Source: Flectonema sp. DT1601 (Eukaryota). Taken from it: DNA of 64,000 nucleotides. A program made the translations under genes and the position numbers. The notes beneath the pieces are model-generated. The model worked only from the letters and a program-made list of their open reading frames with translations, was not told where the DNA came from and did not search any database. The DNA is taken from NCBI GenBank assembly GCA_964019425.1, contig OZ025804.1, positions 186,001 through 250,000 on the forward strand, given 5' to 3'. This document shows positions 10,475 to 23,534 of this stretch, piece after piece; within the stretch, counting starts at the first letter, position 1, and every line of letters begins with the position of its first letter.

Positions 10475-13400
10475 AAAAAGAAATTTGGGAGAGGAATAGG
10501 GGCAGTGAACTTTTGATTCAGGCCCTTCCCAACGAACAGGACGAAGACTTCTAAAACCTGAGATGAACCAATTGAGTTGAAACAAACAAATAACAGAGAC
10601 GCAACACATACCGGAACATCATCGCAAGCAATGCTTCGGACCTCCGTCGACCTTCGTTCTTCCGGCGGCAAAGGGAAACAAGAAAGAACGGGCAATGAGA
10701 CAAACCTGTTAGTTGGTGTTGTGTTGTTGTTAAAAACAAAAACATAAACGCCAGGAAGTTCGACAACGAAGACATCGACATCGATCGCTGCTCTGCAGAT
10801 GTCCGGCGGGTGTTTGTCTACACTGTGTTTATTGTTTGTTTTTTTCCCAAGGTTCAACCCTGGGAAGAGAAGTAAAAAATTCCGTCAGTGTTGGCCTTCC
10901 TGTTCGAAGGTGCGCACCAATGACGATAAATAGAGTGGGGGGGAGAAAACCTTTGATCCAACTGGATCCCTTCACGAGCTGACATTGCCATGTGAAGTTA
11001 AATATTCTGGCGATGCCAGCTCAGGCGACTTAGCCTGCTTTTTTCTTTAAATAAAAAAAATAAAAAGATACCAACAGGTGGGGTGATGGGTTGCGCCACT
11101 GCAATCCAGTCACAAAAAGAAACAAAGGTAATCTCCAGGGTTCTCGACCCTTGGTTCTCCCTGCGCAAGCATCGCATGGAGGGTGACGCTAAGCACCCGG
11201 GGGGTACGAAACAAACTTTCCCCCTGCTGTCCTGTTTGAAATAAAAAAAAAAAAAAAAAAAAACAAAGGGATAGAAGTAAACAGAATACATTACACCTCA
11301 ACAGGTGACTCTAAACACCCAGGGGATACAAACCAAACTTTCCCCCTGTTGCCCTGTTTGAAATAAATTAAAAAAAGAACAAGAAAACAGAATACAATAC
11401 TCAGCAATCAGACTCGTTCACTCGCTTCGCCAGAGCCGTTCGAGCCGATGCTCATGTAAAGTTACCTGTTTTCTTTTAACAAATTAAATAAAATAAAATA
11501 AAAATAAAGTATACAAACCAAACTTTCCCTGGAATACAATACCTAACAATCAGTGCGTTCACTGGCCTTAGGGCTGTTCGGACTTATGCTTTGGACTGTT
11601 CCCTTGCAGAAAAAAAAAGTAAATAAACCAACTTTGGGACATTAGAAAAGCATAAAATAAAAGTTGCTACAACCAAAAGACAACTGCAAAAAATAAGGTT
11701 TTTGTAGGGGAGCTACAATGTAGCAATAATGTCACACAGTCATGTGGCGAGCTGAATAAGAAATTTGGGAGAGGAATAGGGGCAGTGAACTTTTGATTCA
11801 GGCCCTTCCCAACGAACAGGACGAAGACTTCTAAAACCTGAGATGAACCAATTGAGTTGAAACAAACAAATAACAGAGACGCAACACATACCGGAACATC
11901 ATCGCAAGCAATGCTTCGGACCTCCGTCGACCTTCGTTCTTCCGGCGGCAAAGGGAAACAAGAAAGAACGGGCAATGAGACAAACCTGTTAGTTGGTGTT
12001 GTGTTGTTGTTAAAAACAAAAACATAAACGCCAGGAAGTTCGACAACGAAGACATCGACATCGATCGCTGCTCTGCAGATGTCCGGCGGGTGTTTGTCTA
12101 CACTGTGTTTATTGTTTGTTTTTTTCCCAAGGTTCAACCCTGGGAAGAGAAGTAAAAAATTCCGTCAGTGTTGGCCTTCCTGTTCGAAGGTGCGCACCAA
12201 TGACGATAAATAGAGTGGGGGGGAGAAAACCTTTGATCCAACTGGATCCCTTCACGAGCTGACATTGCCATGTGAAGTTAAATATTCTGGCGATGCCAGC
12301 TCAGGCGACTTAGCCTGCTTTTTTCTTTAAATAAAAAAAATAAAAAGATACCAACAGGTGGGGTGATGGGTTGCGCCACTGCAATCCAGTCACAAAAAGA
12401 AACAAAGGTAATCTCCAGGGTTCTCGACCCTTGGTTCTCCCTGCGCAAGCATCGCATGGAGGGTGACGCTAAGCACCCGGGGGGTACGAAACAAACTTTC
12501 CCCCTGCTGTCCTGTTTGAAATAAAAAAAAAAAAAAAAAAAAACAAAGGGATAGAAGTAAACAGAATACATTACACCTCAACAGGTGACTCTAAACACCC
12601 AGGGGATACAAACCAAACTTTCCCCCTGTTGCCCTGTTTGAAATAAATTAAAAAAAGAACAAGAAAACAGAATACAATACTCAGCAATCAGACTCGTTCA
12701 CTCGCTTCGCCAGAGCCGTTCGAGCCGATGCTCATGTAAAGTTACCTGTTTTCTTTTAACAAATTAAATAAAATAAAATAAAAATAAAGTATACAAACCA
12801 AACTTTCCCTGGAATACAATACCTAACAATCAGTGCGTTCACTGGCCTTAGGGCTGTTCGGACTTATGCTTTGGACTGTTCCCTTGCAGAAAAAAAAAGT
12901 AAATAAACCAACTTTGGGACATTAGAAAAGCATAAAATAAAAGTTGCTACAACCAAAAGACAACTGCAAAAAATAAGGTTTTTGTAGGGGAGCTACAATG
13001 TAGCAATAATGTCACACAGTCATGTGGCGAGCTGAATAAGAAATTTGGGAGAGGAATAGGGGCAGTGAACTTTTGATTCAGGCCCTTCCCAACGAACAGG
13101 ACGAAGACTTCTAAAACCTGAGATGAACCAATTGAGTTGAAACAAACAAATAACAGAGACGCAACACATACCGGAACATCATCGCAAGCAATGCTTCGGA
13201 CCTCCGTCGACCTTCGTTCTTCCGGCGGCAAAGGGAAACAAGAAAGAACGGGCAATGAGACAAACCTGTTAGTTGGTGTTGTGTTGTTGTTAAAAACAAA
13301 AACATAAACGCCAGGAAGTTCGACAACGAAGACATCGACATCGATCGCTGCTCTGCAGATGTCCGGCGGGTGTTTGTCTACACTGTGTTTATTGTTTGTT

Positions 13401-16400
13401 TTTTTCCCAAGGTTCAACCCTGGGAAGAGAAGTAAAAAATTCCGTCAGTGTTGGCCTTCCTGTTCGAAGGTGCGCACCAATGACGATAAATAGAGTGGGG
13501 GGGAGAAAACCTTTGATCCAACTGGATCCCTTCACGAGCTGACATTGCCATGTGAAGTTAAATATTCTGGCGATGCCAGCTCAGGCGACTTAGCCTGCTT
13601 TTTTCTTTAAATAAAAAAAATAAAAAGATACCAACAGGTGGGGTGATGGGTTGCGCCACTGCAATCCAGTCACAAAAAGAAACAAAGGTAATCTCCAGGG
13701 TTCTCGACCCTTGGTTCTCCCTGCGCAAGCATCGCATGGAGGGTGACGCTAAGCACCCGGGGGGTACGAAACAAACTTTCCCCCTGCTGTCCTGTTTGAA
13801 ATAAAAAAAAAAAAAAAAAAAAACAAAGGGATAGAAGTAAACAGAATACATTACACCTCAACAGGTGACTCTAAACACCCAGGGGATACAAACCAAACTT
13901 TCCCCCTGTTGCCCTGTTTGAAATAAATTAAAAAAAGAACAAGAAAACAGAATACAATACTCAGCAATCAGACTCGTTCACTCGCTTCGCCAGAGCCGTT
14001 CGAGCCGATGCTCATGTAAAGTTACCTGTTTTCTTTTAACAAATTAAATAAAATAAAATAAAAATAAAGTATACAAACCAAACTTTCCCTGGAATACAAT
14101 ACCTAACAATCAGTGCGTTCACTGGCCTTAGGGCTGTTCGGACTTATGCTTTGGACTGTTCCCTTGCAGAAAAAAAAAGTAAATAAACCAACTTTGGGAC
14201 ATTAGAAAAGCATAAAATAAAAGTTGCTACAACCAAAAGACAACTGCAAAAAATAAGGTTTTTGTAGGGGAGCTACAATGTAGCAATAATGTCACACAGT
14301 CATGTGGCGAGCTGAATAAGAAATTTGGGAGAGGAATAGGGGCAGTGAACTTTTGATTCAGGCCCTTCCCAACGAACAGGACGAAGACTTCTAAAACCTG
14401 AGATGAACCAATTGAGTTGAAACAAACAAATAACAGAGACGCAACACATACCGGAACATCATCGCAAGCAATGCTTCGGACCTCCGTCGACCTTCGTTCT
14501 TCCGGCGGCAAAGGGAAACAAGAAAGAACGGGCAATGAGACAAACCTGTTAGTTGGTGTTGTGTTGTTGTTAAAAACAAAAACATAAACGCCAGGAAGTT
14601 CGACAACGAAGACATCGACATCGATCGCTGCTCTGCAGATGTCCGGCGGGTGTTTGTCTACACTGTGTTTATTGTTTGTTTTTTTCCCAAGGTTCAACCC
14701 TGGGAAGAGAAGTAAAAAATTCCGTCAGTGTTGGCCTTCCTGTTCGAAGGTGCGCACCAATGACGATAAATAGAGTGGGGGGGAGAAAACCTTTGATCCA
14801 ACTGGATCCCTTCACGAGCTGACATTGCCATGTGAAGTTAAATATTCTGGCGATGCCAGCTCAGGCGACTTAGCCTGCTTTTTTCTTTAAATAAAAAAAA
14901 TAAAAAGATACCAACAGGTGGGGTGATGGGTTGCGCCACTGCAATCCAGTCACAAAAAGAAACAAAGGTAATCTCCAGGGTTCTCGACCCTTGGTTCTCC
15001 CTGCGCAAGCATCGCATGGAGGGTGACGCTAAGCACCCGGGGGGTACGAAACAAACTTTCCCCCTGCTGTCCTGTTTGAAATAAAAAAAAAAAAAAAAAA
15101 AAACAAAGGGATAGAAGTAAACAGAATACATTACACCTCAACAGGTGACTCTAAACACCCAGGGGATACAAACCAAACTTTCCCCCTGTTGCCCTGTTTG
15201 AAATAAATTAAAAAAAGAACAAGAAAACAGAATACAATACTCAGCAATCAGACTCGTTCACTCGCTTCGCCAGAGCCGTTCGAGCCGATGCTCATGTAAA
15301 GTTACCTGTTTTCTTTTAACAAATTAAATAAAATAAAATAAAAATAAAGTATACAAACCAAACTTTCCCTGGAATACAATACCTAACAATCAGTGCGTTC
15401 ACTGGCCTTAGGGCTGTTCGGACTTATGCTTTGGACTGTTCCCTTGCAGAAAAAAAAAGTAAATAAACCAACTTTGGGACATTAGAAAAGCATAAAATAA
15501 AAGTTGCTACAACCAAAAGACAACTGCAAAAAATAAGGTTTTTGTAGGGGAGCTACAATGTAGCAATAATGTCACACAGTCATGTGGCGAGCTGAATAAG
15601 AAATTTGGGAGAGGAATAGGGGCAGTGAACTTTTGATTCAGGCCCTTCCCAACGAACAGGACGAAGACTTCTAAAACCTGAGATGAACCAATTGAGTTGA
15701 AACAAACAAATAACAGAGACGCAACACATACCGGAACATCATCGCAAGCAATGCTTCGGACCTCCGTCGACCTTCGTTCTTCCGGCGGCAAAGGGAAACA
15801 AGAAAGAACGGGCAATGAGACAAACCTGTTAGTTGGTGTTGTGTTGTTGTTAAAAACAAAAACATAAACGCCAGGAAGTTCGACAACGAAGACATCGACA
15901 TCGATCGCTGCTCTGCAGATGTCCGGCGGGTGTTTGTCTACACTGTGTTTATTGTTTGTTTTTTTCCCAAGGTTCAACCCTGGGAAGAGAAGTAAAAAAT
16001 TCCGTCAGTGTTGGCCTTCCTGTTCGAAGGTGCGCACCAATGACGATAAATAGAGTGGGGGGGAGAAAACCTTTGATCCAACTGGATCCCTTCACGAGCT
16101 GACATTGCCATGTGAAGTTAAATATTCTGGCGATGCCAGCTCAGGCGACTTAGCCTGCTTTTTTCTTTAAATAAAAAAAATAAAAAGATACCAACAGGTG
16201 GGGTGATGGGTTGCGCCACTGCAATCCAGTCACAAAAAGAAACAAAGGTAATCTCCAGGGTTCTCGACCCTTGGTTCTCCCTGCGCAAGCATCGCATGGA
16301 GGGTGACGCTAAGCACCCGGGGGGTACGAAACAAACTTTCCCCCTGCTGTCCTGTTTGAAATAAAAAAAAAAAAAAAAAAAAACAAAGGGATAGAAGTAA

Positions 16401-18225
16401 ACAGAATACATTACACCTCAACAGGTGACTCTAAACACCCAGGGGATACAAACCAAACTTTCCCCCTGTTGCCCTGTTTGAAATAAATTAAAAAAAGAAC
16501 AAGAAAACAGAATACAATACTCAGCAATCAGACTCGTTCACTCGCTTCGCCAGAGCCGTTCGAGCCGATGCTCATGTAAAGTTACCTGTTTTCTTTTAAC
16601 AAATTAAATAAAATAAAATAAAAATAAAGTATACAAACCAAACTTTCCCTGGAATACAATACCTAACAATCAGTGCGTTCACTGGCCTTAGGGCTGTTCG
16701 GACTTATGCTTTGGACTGTTCCCTTGCAGAAAAAAAAAGTAAATAAACCAACTTTGGGACATTAGAAAAGCATAAAATAAAAGTTGCTACAACCAAAAGA
16801 CAACTGCAAAAAATAAGGTTTTTGTAGGGGAGCTACAATGTAGCAATAATGTCACACAGTCATGTGGCGAGCTGAATAAGAAATTTGGGAGAGGAATAGG
16901 GGCAGTGAACTTTTGATTCAGGCCCTTCCCAACGAACAGGACGAAGACTTCTAAAACCTGAGATGAACCAATTGAGTTGAAACAAACAAATAACAGAGAC
17001 GCAACACATACCGGAACATCATCGCAAGCAATGCTTCGGACCTCCGTCGACCTTCGTTCTTCCGGCGGCAAAGGGAAACAAGAAAGAACGGGCAATGAGA
17101 CAAACCTGTTAGTTGGTGTTGTGTTGTTGTTAAAAACAAAAACATAAACGCCAGGAAGTTCGACAACGAAGACATCGACATCGATCGCTGCTCTGCAGAT
17201 GTCCGGCGGGTGTTTGTCTACACTGTGTTTATTGTTTGTTTTTTTCCCAAGGTTCAACCCTGGGAAGAGAAGTAAAAAATTCCGTCAGTGTTGGCCTTCC
17301 TGTTCGAAGGTGCGCACCAATGACGATAAATAGAGTGGGGGGGAGAAAACCTTTGATCCAACTGGATCCCTTCACGAGCTGACATTGCCATGTGAAGTTA
17401 AATATTCTGGCGATGCCAGCTCAGGCGACTTAGCCTGCTTTTTTCTTTAAATAAAAAAAATAAAAAGATACCAACAGGTGGGGTGATGGGTTGCGCCACT
17501 GCAATCCAGTCACAAAAAGAAACAAAGGTAATCTCCAGGGTTCTCGACCCTTGGTTCTCCCTGCGCAAGCATCGCATGGAGGGTGACGCTAAGCACCCGG
17601 GGGGTACGAAACAAACTTTCCCCCTGCTGTCCTGTTTGAAATAAAAAAAAAAAAAAAAAAAAACAAAGGGATAGAAGTAAACAGAATACATTACACCTCA
17701 ACAGGTGACTCTAAACACCCAGGGGATACAAACCAAACTTTCCCCCTGTTGCCCTGTTTGAAATAAATTAAAAAAAGAACAAGAAAACAGAATACAATAC
17801 TCAGCAATCAGACTCGTTCACTCGCTTCGCCAGAGCCGTTCGAGCCGATGCTCATGTAAAGTTACCTGTTTTCTTTTAACAAATTAAATAAAATAAAATA
17901 AAAATAAAGTATACAAACCAAACTTTCCCTGGAATACAATACCTAACAATCAGTGCGTTCACTGGCCTTAGGGCTGTTCGGACTTATGCTTTGGACTGTT
18001 CCCTTGCAGAAAAAAAAAGTAAATAAACCAACTTTGGGACATTAGAAAAGCATAAAATAAAAGTTGCTACAACCAAAAGACAACTGCAAAAAATAAGGTT
18101 TTTGTAGGGGAGCTACAATGTAGCAATAATGTCACACAGTCATGTGGCGAGCTGAATAAGAAATTTGGGAGAGGAATAGGGGCAGTGAACTTTTGATTCA
18201 GGCCCTTCCCAACGAACAGGACGAA
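10475..18225 (-). repeat. Family C: head-to-tail array of a 1280-bp non-coding unit, part 1 (~6 copies)
   Basis: Sequence and ORF track recur exactly every 1280 bp (10998, 12278, 13558, 14838, 16118, 17398). Confidence 0.97.
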
Positions 18226-18618
18226 TTTCGATAAGTGGGAAGTAACGGACTGGGAGCTTTTGGCTCCTGCCCTATTCCCGACGTAAACTTTCTTTTTATT
18301 TTTTTTTTTTTTTTAACAGGCCCAAAGGGCGACAATGATGGTTGCTGACCAAGGAATAATATTCAAATGAATTTTCGTTTCAAAGAAACGAACAGAATTA
18401 AGAGAGAGGTAGAGAAAAAAAAAAAAAAAAAAAAAAAGAAAGAATAGAAAAAAAATATGAAGAGGAAATAATCAAACATGAAAAAAAAAAAAAAAAATAA
18501 AATATAAATAAAAAACGTTGTATGAAAAAGGAAAAAAAGAAAAAAAAAAGACCAGAAAAGGAAAGAGAAAATGAAAAGGTATAATATTATTGTGGGGATA
18601 TGAGGATAGCAGGGAGAT

Positions 18619-18656
<38 letters not shown>

Positions 18657-18909
18657 TTATTATTTAAAAAAAGGAAACAATCAGTTTAGCGTCTCGATCA
18701 GGACGGAAAATAGAAATTAATCGACATAGTCGATCGATAGAAAAAAAACAATGATAACATTGTTTATTCCTTTTTTTTTTTTTTTTTTTTATTCTTTTTA
18801 TTTATTTTTAAAGAAAAAACAATCAGTTTAGCGTCCTGACCAGGACGGAAAATTGAAAGTGATCCACATAGTCGATCGATAGAAAAAAGACAATGATAAC
18901 ATTGTTTAT

Positions 18910-18942
<33 letters not shown>

Positions 18943-19334
18943 CTTTTAATTATTTTAAAGAAAAAACAATCAGTTTAGCGTCTTGACCAGGACGGAAAAT
19001 AGAAAGTGATCGACATAGTCGATCGATAAAAAACAATGATAACATTGTTTATTCCTTTTTTTTTTCTTTTTTTTTTATTCTTTTTATTTATTTTTAAAGA
19101 AAAAACAATCAGTTTAGCGTCCTGACCAGGACGGAAAATAGAAAGTAATCGACATAGTCGATCGATAAAAAAAAAACAATGATAACATTGTTTATTCCTT
19201 TTTTTTTTCTTTTTTTTTATTCTTTTTATTTATTTTTAAAGAAAAAACAATCAGTTTAGCGTCCTGACCAGGACGGAAAATTGAAAGTGATCGACATAGT
19301 CGATCGATAAAAAAACAATGATAACATTGTTTAT

Positions 19335-19365
<31 letters not shown>

Positions 19366-20139
19366 CCTTTTAATTATTTTTTAAAGAAAAAACAATCAGT
19401 TTAGCGTCTTGACCAGGACGGAAAATAGAAAGTGATCGACATAGTCGATCGATAAAAAACAATGATAACATTGTTTATTCTTTTTTTTTTTTTTTTTTTT
19501 TTTTAATCCTTTTTATTATTTTAAAGAAAAAACAATCAGTTTAGCGTCTTGACCAGGACGGAAAATAGAAAGTGATCGACATAGTCGATCGATAAAAAAA
19601 CAATGATAACATTGTTTATTCTTTTTTTTTTTTTTTTTTTAAATTCTTTTTATTTATTTTTAAAGAAAAAAAACGGAAAATAAAAATTAGTCGACAAAGT
19701 CGAACGATAAAAAAAAACAATGATAACATTGTTTATTCTTTTTTTTTTTGTTTTTTTTTATATTCTTTTTTATTAATTTTGAAAAAAAAACAATCAGTTT
19801 AGCGTCTTGACCAGGACGGAAAATAGAAAGTAATCGACATAGTCGATCGATAAAAAAAACAATGATAACATTGTTTACTCTTTTTTTTTTTTTTTTTTAA
19901 ATTCTTTTTATTTTAAAAAGAAAAAAAACGGAAAATAGAAATTAGTCAACAAAGTCGAACGATAAAAAAAAAAACAATGATAACATTGTTTATTCTTTTT
20001 TTTTTATTTTTTTTTTTATATTCTTTTTTATTAATTTTGAAAAAAAAAACAATCAGTTTAGCGTCTTGACCAGGACGGAAAATAGAAAGTGATCGACATA
20101 GTCGATCGATAAAAAAAAAACAATGATAACATTGTTTAT

Positions 20140-20176
<37 letters not shown>

Positions 20177-21606
20177 CTTTTTTTTTTTTTAAAGAAAAAA
20201 CAATCAGTTTAGCGTCTTGACCAGGACGGAAAATAGAAAGTAATCGACATAGTCGATCGATAAAAAAAACAATGATAACATTGTTTATTCTTTTTTTTTT
20301 TTTTTTTAAATCTTTTTATTTATTTTTTAAAAAGAAAAAAAAAAAACGGAAAATAGAAATTAGTCAACAACGTCGAACGATAAAAAAAAAAACAATGATA
20401 ACATTGTTTATTCTTTTTTTTTTTATTTTTTTTTGTATTCTTTTTTATTAATTTTGAAAAAAAAACAATCAGTTTTGCGTCTTGACCAGGACGGAAAATA
20501 GAAAGTGATCGACATAGTCGATCGATAAAAAAACAATGATAACATTGTTTATTCTTTTTTTTTTTTTTTTTTTTTTTAAATCCTTTTTATTATTTTTAAA
20601 GAAAAAACAATCAGTTTAGCGTCTTGACCAGGACGAAAAATAGAAAGTGATCGACATAGTCGATCGATAAAAAAACAATGATAACATTGTTTATTCTTTT
20701 TTTTTTTTTTCTTCTTTTTTTTAAATCCTTCTTTTTATTTTTTAAAGAAAAAACAATCAGTTTAGCGTCTTGACCAGGACGGAAAATAGAAAGTAATCGA
20801 CATAGTCGATCGATAAAATAAAAACAATGATAACATTGTTTATTCCTTTTTTTTTTTTTTTTATTCTTTTTATTTATTTTTAAAGAAAAAAACGGAAAAT
20901 AGAAAGTAATCGACATAGTCGATCGATAAAAAAACAATGATAACATTGTTTATTCTTTTTTTTTTTTTTTTTTTTTTAAATTCTTTTTATTTATTTTTTA
21001 AGAAAAAAACGGAGAATAGAAATTAGTCGACAAAGTCGAACGATAAAAAAACAATGATAACATTGTTTATTCTTTTTTTTATTTTTTTTTTTATATTCTT
21101 TTTTATTAATTTTGAAAAAAAAAAAAAAACAATCAGTTTAGCGTCTTGACCAGGACGGAAAATAGAAAGTAATCGACATAGTCGATCGATAAAAATACAA
21201 TGATAACATTGTTTAATCTTTTATAATTTTTTATTTTTTTTTTTGTTTTAAAAAAAAAAAAAAAAAACAAGCGGAATTGATCATAATGGGTGGTAGGGGT
21301 TGTTATAACTTCGTTTGAAAATTCTTCTTTTTTGATTTCTTTTTTTTTTTCTTTTTACAGGAGTTAAGATCACTTTCAGGAGACAACACATTAACAAGAG
21401 CAGCAAGCAGAGTTGACACTATCAATTCAAATTTGAAATACCGGGAATTAATTTACAAGGAGGTATCTCAAGTGACTTGGTATCTCTAGCGTGTCGGTAT
21501 CTCTGGAGTGCTGGTATCTCGTATGTGCGTTGGTATCTCATGAGTGATGGTATCTCTTGTGCATTAGAGAAACGAAAAAGAATGTCATGACCATGACGGA
21601 AGAATT
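18226..21606 (-). mobile_element. Family B element, copy 2 (3381 bp), inserted into a family C unit without TSD
   Basis: The host sequence ...GGACGAA|GACTTCTAAAACC... is split exactly at 18225/21607. The element contains ~19 subrepeats of ~142/~115 bp and six GGTATCTC motifs. Confidence 0.9.
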
Positions 21607-23348
21607 GACTTCTAAAACCTGAGATGAACCAATTGAGTTGAAACAAACAAATAACAGAGACGCAACACATACCGGAACATCATCGCAAGCAATGCTTCGG
21701 ACCTCCGTCGACCTTCGTTCTTCCGGCGGCAAAGGGAAACAAGAAAGAACGGGCAATGAGACAAACCTGTTAGTTGGTGTTGTGTTGTTGTTAAAAACAA
21801 AAACATAAACGCCAGGAAGTTCGACAACGAAGACATCGACATCGATCGCTGCTCTGCAGATGTCCGGCGGGTGTTTGTCTACACTGTGTTTATTGTTTGT
21901 TTTTTTCCCAAGGTTCAACCCTGGGAAGAGAAGTAAAAAATTCCGTCAGTGTTGGCCTTCCTGTTCGAAGGTGCGCACCAATGACGATAAATAGAGTGGG
22001 GGGGAGAAAACCTTTGATCCAACTGGATCCCTTCACGAGCTGACATTGCCATGTGAAGTTAAATATTCTGGCGATGCCAGCTCAGGCGACTTAGCCTGCT
22101 TTTTTCTTTAAATAAAAAAAATAAAAAGATACCAACAGGTGGGGTGATGGGTTGCGCCACTGCAATCCAGTCACAAAAAGAAACAAAGGTAATCTCCAGG
22201 GTTCTCGACCCTTGGTTCTCCCTGCGCAAGCATCGCATGGAGGGTGACGCTAAGCACCCGGGGGGTACGAAACAAACTTTCCCCCTGCTGTCCTGTTTGA
22301 AATAAAAAAAAAAAAAAAAAAAAACAAAGGGATAGAAGTAAACAGAATACATTACACCTCAACAGGTGACTCTAAACACCCAGGGGATACAAACCAAACT
22401 TTCCCCCTGTTGCCCTGTTTGAAATAAATTAAAAAAAGAACAAGAAAACAGAATACAATACTCAGCAATCAGACTCGTTCACTCGCTTCGCCAGAGCCGT
22501 TCGAGCCGATGCTCATGTAAAGTTACCTGTTTTCTTTTAACAAATTAAATAAAATAAAATAAAAATAAAGTATACAAACCAAACTTTCCCTGGAATACAA
22601 TACCTAACAATCAGTGCGTTCACTGGCCTTAGGGCTGTTCGGACTTATGCTTTGGACTGTTCCCTTGCAGAAAAAAAAAGTAAATAAACCAACTTTGGGA
22701 CATTAGAAAAGCATAAAATAAAAGTTGCTACAACCAAAAGACAACTGCAAAAAATAAGGTTTTTGTAGGGGAGCTACAATGTAGCAATAATGTCACACAG
22801 TCATGTGGCGAGCTGAATAAGAAATTTGGGAGAGGAATAGGGGCAGTGAACTTTTGATTCAGGCCCTTCCCAACGAACAGGACGAAGACTTCTAAAACCT
22901 GAGATGAACCAATTGAGTTGAAACAAACAAATAACAGAGACGCAACACATACCGGAACATCATCGCAAGCAATGCTTCGGACCTCCGTCGACCTTCGTTC
23001 TTCCGGCGGCAAAGGGAAACAAGAAAGAACGGGCAATGAGACAAACCTGTTAGTTGGTGTTGTGTTGTTGTTAAAAACAAAAACATAAACGCCAGGAAGT
23101 TCGACAACGAAGACATCGACATCGATCGCTGCTCTGCAGATGTCCGGCGGGTGTTTGTCTACACTGTGTTTATTGTTTGTTTTTTTCCCAAGGTTCAACC
23201 CTGGGAAGAGAAGTAAAAAATTCCGTCAGTGTTGGCCTTCCTGTTCGAAGGTGCGCACCAATGACGATAAATAGAGTGGGGGGGAGAAAACCTTTGATCC
23301 AACTGGATCCCTTCACGAGCTGACATTGCCATGTGAAGTTAAATATTC
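21607..23348 (-). repeat. Family C 1280-bp array, part 2 (~1.4 copies; ~7.4 units in total)
   Basis: Continues the interrupted unit and ends at TGTGAAGTTAAATATTC. Confidence 0.95.
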
Positions 23349-23534
23349 TCAAAGGTAAACTATGAACTACAAATGACTTAGCCTGTTATTATAATGCCAC
23401 AGGCAGGCCCTGCATTCAGCAGCTATCCAGCAGTGCTTGGATGTCCTGATCTTCTTCTAAAAAAAAGAAAGAAAAACAAAACTGTAGCTGGGATCACTCA
23501 GGATCAACAGACTACCAATGCTACCTGTTGTACT
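23349..23534 (-). mobile_element. Family A, second segment
   Basis: Matches 28631-28816 and is interrupted at 23534 by family B copy 3. Confidence 0.9.

Noticed and set aside
10990..11010. CRESS-virus nonanucleotide origin (TAAATATTC in a hairpin loop)
   Set aside because: It does not match NANTATTAC, is not conserved in the family A loop, and no Rep gene is present.
10475..23348. Spliced-leader RNA or 5S rRNA gene array
   Set aside because: The unit size is suggestive, but I found no euglenozoan SL exon motif (..CAGTTTCTGTACT.TATTG/GT) or 5S sequence on either strand.
10441..23352. Repeated 63-156 aa ORFs in the 1280-bp unit (and 60-70 aa ORFs in the 1366-bp unit)
   Set aside because: Most have non-ATG starts, they contain low-complexity F/L/K runs and no domains, and frames are not conserved between related families.
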